DNA of 64,000 nucleotides from Mycobacterium sp. (GTDB lineage Bacteria; Actinomycetota; Actinomycetes; Mycobacteriales; Mycobacteriaceae): NCBI GenBank assembly GCA_035633495.1, contig DASQEU010000143.1; one strand, 5' to 3'. Shown piece by piece: positions 60,862 to 64,000 of this stretch (position 1 is its first letter; each line of letters starts with the position of its first letter). The notes under the pieces were generated by a model. It saw only the letters and a program-made list of their open reading frames with translations, ran no database searches and was not told where the DNA came from. The position numbers and the translations under genes were made by a program.

Positions 60862-62499
60862 ATGTTCGCTAGAACTTTGTCGAGGCGCGCCTCGACGCGC
60901 CTACTCGGTTGCGTCCTGACGCTGTCGCTCGTTGCGGCCGCGTCGATCATCGTGCGCGACCAACGTGCCGCGGTCCCCTCCGACGCCACGGCGACCATCG
61001 GCGGCCCGTACGCGAATCTCCTGGCCAGCTCGACCGATCTTGGTCCGTCCCGACTCGATCACGCGCAGCTCACCGTCGGACTTCGTGACTCGGTGCGTCC
61101 AGACCGGCTCCTGCAGTGGGCGGCCAGCAAGAGCCTCGCCGTGCGATGGAAACCCGGTGAGGAATGGGCCATCGTCGAGGGAGCACCGCCCGACGTGGCC
61201 GAGGCCTTCGACGTTCCGGTGCACGACTATCGCGGAATGCAGGGACAGGTCTTCTACGCCTCCGCCCAACAGCCCGAGGTTCCGGCGGCCGTGCGCAACA
61301 CGGTGAGCGATCTCGGACGCATCCTCGGGTACACGCCGCATCGTGAGGCGCGCCCCGACTTCATGCCCCTCGACGTACCACGCCAAGGCTTGACGCCGAA
61401 CGCCCTGCTGACCGCCTACAACGCGAGTCCGCTTGCGGCAGCGGGCATCACGGGCAAGGGACAGACCATCGTCTTCTTCGCGTTCAGTGGCTACGACCAG
61501 GGCGACCTCGACGACTTCGCCGAGATGTCGAATCTGCCACCGCTGAAACCGATCCTCGTCGGCGGACAACCGAGCGAGTCCCGCGCCGAGACCGTGATGG
61601 ATCTCGAAGTCGCGCACGCGATCGCGCCCGATGCTCGGATGGTCGTGATCAACGCCCGTCCCACCCTGGAGGGCGGCCGTACCTACGAGCGCATCGCGGA
61701 GATGTTCGACGCCGCGGACCAACAGTTCCCCGGCGCGGTGTGGAGTCTGTCCATCGGGTGGGGCTGCGACGCGCTGATCACCGCGACGGACCTCAAGCCC
61801 GTGCAGTCGGCACTGGAACGCGCGCACGCCAACGGCACGTCCGCCTTCGATGCCAGCGGGGACACCGGGGGGCTGGAGTGCAAGGGCGGCAACGGCTGGT
61901 CGGCGCCGCCGGGCCCAGATGACGTCGGATTGGACGCCGTCGCGTCGCTGCCGGGCATGACCTCCGTGGGCGGCACCACGCTGTCGACCGACGAAGACGG
62001 CCAATGGCTGGCGGAGCAGGCCTGGATCGACTCGCCGCTGTCGCAGGGCACCAGTGGCGGAGTTTCGAAGCTCTTTCCGCGACCGGCCTGGCAGCGCAGC
62101 GTGTCCATCGACCGGGACGCCGGGAAACGACAGCGAAGGCTCACGCCCGACGTCTCCGCACTCGCCGATCCGTTCACGGGCGTCAAGATCAGATTCGACC
62201 AGCAGGACCTGGTGGGCGCGGGCACGTCGCAGGCGGCGCCGATCTGGGCCGGCCTGACGGCCCTGATGAACCAGTACCTGCTGGCCAACGGCGGACGACG
62301 GTTGGGTGACATCAACCCACTGCTCTACCGGGTGGCCAGAGGCGCGAACTCTCCCGGCTTTCGTGACGTGACCCTCGGCGGCAACGCGGTCGACGTCGCG
62401 ATCCCCGGCTACGACCTGGTGACCGGACTCGGGAGCCCCAACGTCGAACACCTCGCCCGCGACTTCCTCGACATCCAGAAGGGCGTAGCGCCTCGATGA
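60862..62499 (+). CDS. S53 (sedolisin/kumamolisin) peptidase with prodomain
   Basis: ETVMDLE (Glu/Asp), ASGDTG (oxyanion Asp), GTSQAAP (Ser), Ca-binding GYDLVTGLGSP. N-terminal TM or signal. Confidence 0.9.
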   Translation: MFARTLSRRASTRLLGCVLTLSLVAAASIIVRDQRAAVPSDATATIGGPYANLLASSTDLGPSRLDHAQLTVGLRDSVRPDRLLQWAASKSLAVRWKPGEEWAIVEGAPPDVAEAFDVPVHDYRGMQGQVFYASAQQPEVPAAVRNTVSDLGRILGYTPHREARPDFMPLDVPRQGLTPNALLTAYNASPLAAAGITGKGQTIVFFAFSGYDQGDLDDFAEMSNLPPLKPILVGGQPSESRAETVMDLEVAHAIAPDARMVVINARPTLEGGRTYERIAEMFDAADQQFPGAVWSLSIGWGCDALITATDLKPVQSALERAHANGTSAFDASGDTGGLECKGGNGWSAPPGPDDVGLDAVASLPGMTSVGGTTLSTDEDGQWLAEQAWIDSPLSQGTSGGVSKLFPRPAWQRSVSIDRDAGKRQRRLTPDVSALADPFTGVKIRFDQQDLVGAGTSQAAPIWAGLTALMNQYLLANGGRRLGDINPLLYRVARGANSPGFRDVTLGGNAVDVAIPGYDLVTGLGSPNVEHLARDFLDIQKGVAPR

Positions 62500-64000
62500 C
62501 GACCGGGGGGATGACGTGTCGCGTCTGCGACGTCGTCGTCCCGCGTGGCGTTTTCTGCGGAAATTGTGGCGCGACGGCGTCCCGCCGACGTGGTGACGGG
62601 CCTTCGTGGCTTCGCCTGTCGGCGTACTCGGCGGCACCGCGCGAGCACGTACTGAGCCCGCGGGTGACGAGCACGATCTTTCCGTCCCTGCCCCGGCGGT
62701 CCCGGACGGCGTTCGGCGTCGCGCTGGTCGGCGTGGTCGCGCTGATGCTGGGCACCGCCCTACCGATGTGGCAGGCGGCGCTGATCGGACTGGTCGGCTT
62801 CGGGTTGCCGTTGCTGTTCCTGGCCTACCTCAAGGAGACCGACGCCTTCACCGACCTGTCGGTCGGCACCCTGTTGACCACCGCCGTGCTGGGCATCGCG
62901 TTCGGAGTCGGCTGGGGGCTTGCGACGGACGCCGCCGCCGCGCGCACCGACGACGACGCACTGGGACTGCCGGTCAGCACGCTCAAACTCCTCGTCACCG
63001 GTCTCGCCATTCCGTTGGGTTTCCTGATCCTCCTGCTCGCACCGATGATCGTCGTGCGGGTATGGCGCCCAGGGGTTCGAGAATCGTTGAACGGGTTCAC
63101 GATTGGGTCGTTCGGAGCGCTCTGCTTCGTGAGCGCGGGCACCCTGACCCGGTTGGCGCCCGTGTTCGCCAACGGCCCGATGGACGACGACGGCCGTTCG
63201 CCCGCTCATCTCGTGATCGCGGGCGTCGTCCAGGGTGTGGCGATCCCGCTGACGGCGGCCGCGGTAGGCGGCGCGATCGGAGCCACCCTCTGGTTCATCC
63301 CGCGGGCCGATTCCCGACGCAAGCCGCGGTGGTACGCGTTGACCTCCCTCGCCCCGGCGGTCGCATTCGGGGTGGCCGCCTACCTCGGATTGGCCCTGCT
63401 CGACTTCTTCCCGCCTCCAAACAACGTCGAGACGAGCATCTTCGTCCTTCTCGCGGTAGTGGCCCTCTATGTCGTGCGCATCGTGGTGCACTCCACGTTG
63501 CTCCATGAGGAGCCGACCCACGAGCCCTCCGACGAACGAGTCGCGTGCCCAGAGTGCGGCCACGTCGCTCCGGATCTGCCGTTCTGCCCCACGTGCGGGA
63601 TCGCGGCTCGCGCCGCTTCGGTGCGCGGCACGTCTCCCGCCTGGTTGCTCGTGATCGTCGGCACCGGTGCGGCACTGGTGATGGCCGCCTCGGTCGCGCT
63701 GTCGTCGTGGCTAACTCCGCCCGAGGCGCTGGTCGTCTGCCCGCCCGACTGCGGCCGCCCGCCCATCAGCAAGCCCATCGCGACCAACCCTCGCTTCACG
63801 CCCAGCGGCGGCGAGTTCTCTGTCTCCTACCCCGGCGAGGAAACGGCCTACGAGGCCACGTTCGAGCCGAACGGGGTGGTGCTGGACCTTCTCGCCGGCG
63901 ATGGCGGCACGCTTCGACTGTTCGGCCAACCCGCGAACGGTCAGACGCCGAAGCAGATCGCGGACGACCTGCTCAAGGACCACTACCCCGACGCGACGTT
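62496..64000 (+). CDS. Double zinc-ribbon multi-TM membrane protein (partial; not in the ORF track)
   Basis: ATG overlaps the S53 stop. I translated it open to the window edge: CRVC..CGNC, ~9-10 TM, CPEC..CPTC, one TM, then a CPPDC extracytoplasmic domain. Confidence 0.85.
   Translation, partial: MTTGGMTCRVCDVVVPRGVFCGNCGATASRRRGDGPSWLRLSAYSAAPREHVLSPRVTSTIFPSLPRRSRTAFGVALVGVVALMLGTALPMWQAALIGLVGFGLPLLFLAYLKETDAFTDLSVGTLLTTAVLGIAFGVGWGLATDAAAARTDDDALGLPVSTLKLLVTGLAIPLGFLILLLAPMIVVRVWRPGVRESLNGFTIGSFGALCFVSAGTLTRLAPVFANGPMDDDGRSPAHLVIAGVVQGVAIPLTAAAVGGAIGATLWFIPRADSRRKPRWYALTSLAPAVAFGVAAYLGLALLDFFPPPNNVETSIFVLLAVVALYVVRIVVHSTLLHEEPTHEPSDERVACPECGHVAPDLPFCPTCGIAARAASVRGTSPAWLLVIVGTGAALVMAASVALSSWLTPPEALVVCPPDCGRPPISKPIATNPRFTPSGGEFSVSYPGEETAYEATFEPNGVVLDLLAGDGGTLRLFGQPANGQTPKQIADDLLKDHYPDAT

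Noticed and set aside
60901-62637. 578-aa minus-strand ORF, and similar long ORFs at 20912-22561, 8991-10268, 27526-28848 and 4137-5591
   Set aside because: They are antisense shadows of well-supported genes, with Arg/Gly/Val-rich junk composition. This is expected in high-GC DNA.
1-64000. CRISPR array or cas genes; rRNA
   Set aside because: I saw no regularly spaced repeat-spacer structure, no cas motifs and no rRNA-like sequence.

Overview
High-GC actinobacterial DNA. Gene content and order match a Mycobacterium/Mycolicibacterium chromosome syntenic with the M. tuberculosis Rv2313c-Rv2393 region (locus correspondences from recall). The left ~12 kb is accessory: a polyhydroxyalkanoate locus (XRE regulator end, phaC, phaZ-like hydrolase, an N-terminally extended KAS III, phaB-like reductase), a decayed IS3 element, and two eroded tyrosine-integrase remnants. 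Each remnant abuts a copy of a 38-bp att core from the 3' end of a tRNA(CAT) gene; the inner 3.25-kb island carries an intact WS/DGAT gene. The rest is mostly core: tldD/pmbA, uspABC, an ECF transporter, marR, an acyl-CoA oxidase-like gene, tRNA-Asn, dnaG, dgt, glyS, smtB-zur, uppS, recO, era, ybeY, phoH, rsmE, dnaJ, hrcA, hemW, sirA-cysH-che1. Accessory inserts include an amidohydrolase, a DUF1254/DUF1214 pair, and an S53 peptidase coupled to a zinc-ribbon membrane protein. The strongest leads are (i) a DUF559/AbiEi-like nuclease gene exactly framed by 61-bp hairpin-forming inverted repeats, with related solo palindromes elsewhere; (ii) a PHA pathway where a KAS III with an unknown ~260-aa N-terminal domain appears in place of a thiolase; (iii) tandem island accretion at one tRNA with storage-lipid cargo. 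Frameshifts are confined to accessory genes. All assignments come from reading motifs by eye; no searches were run.
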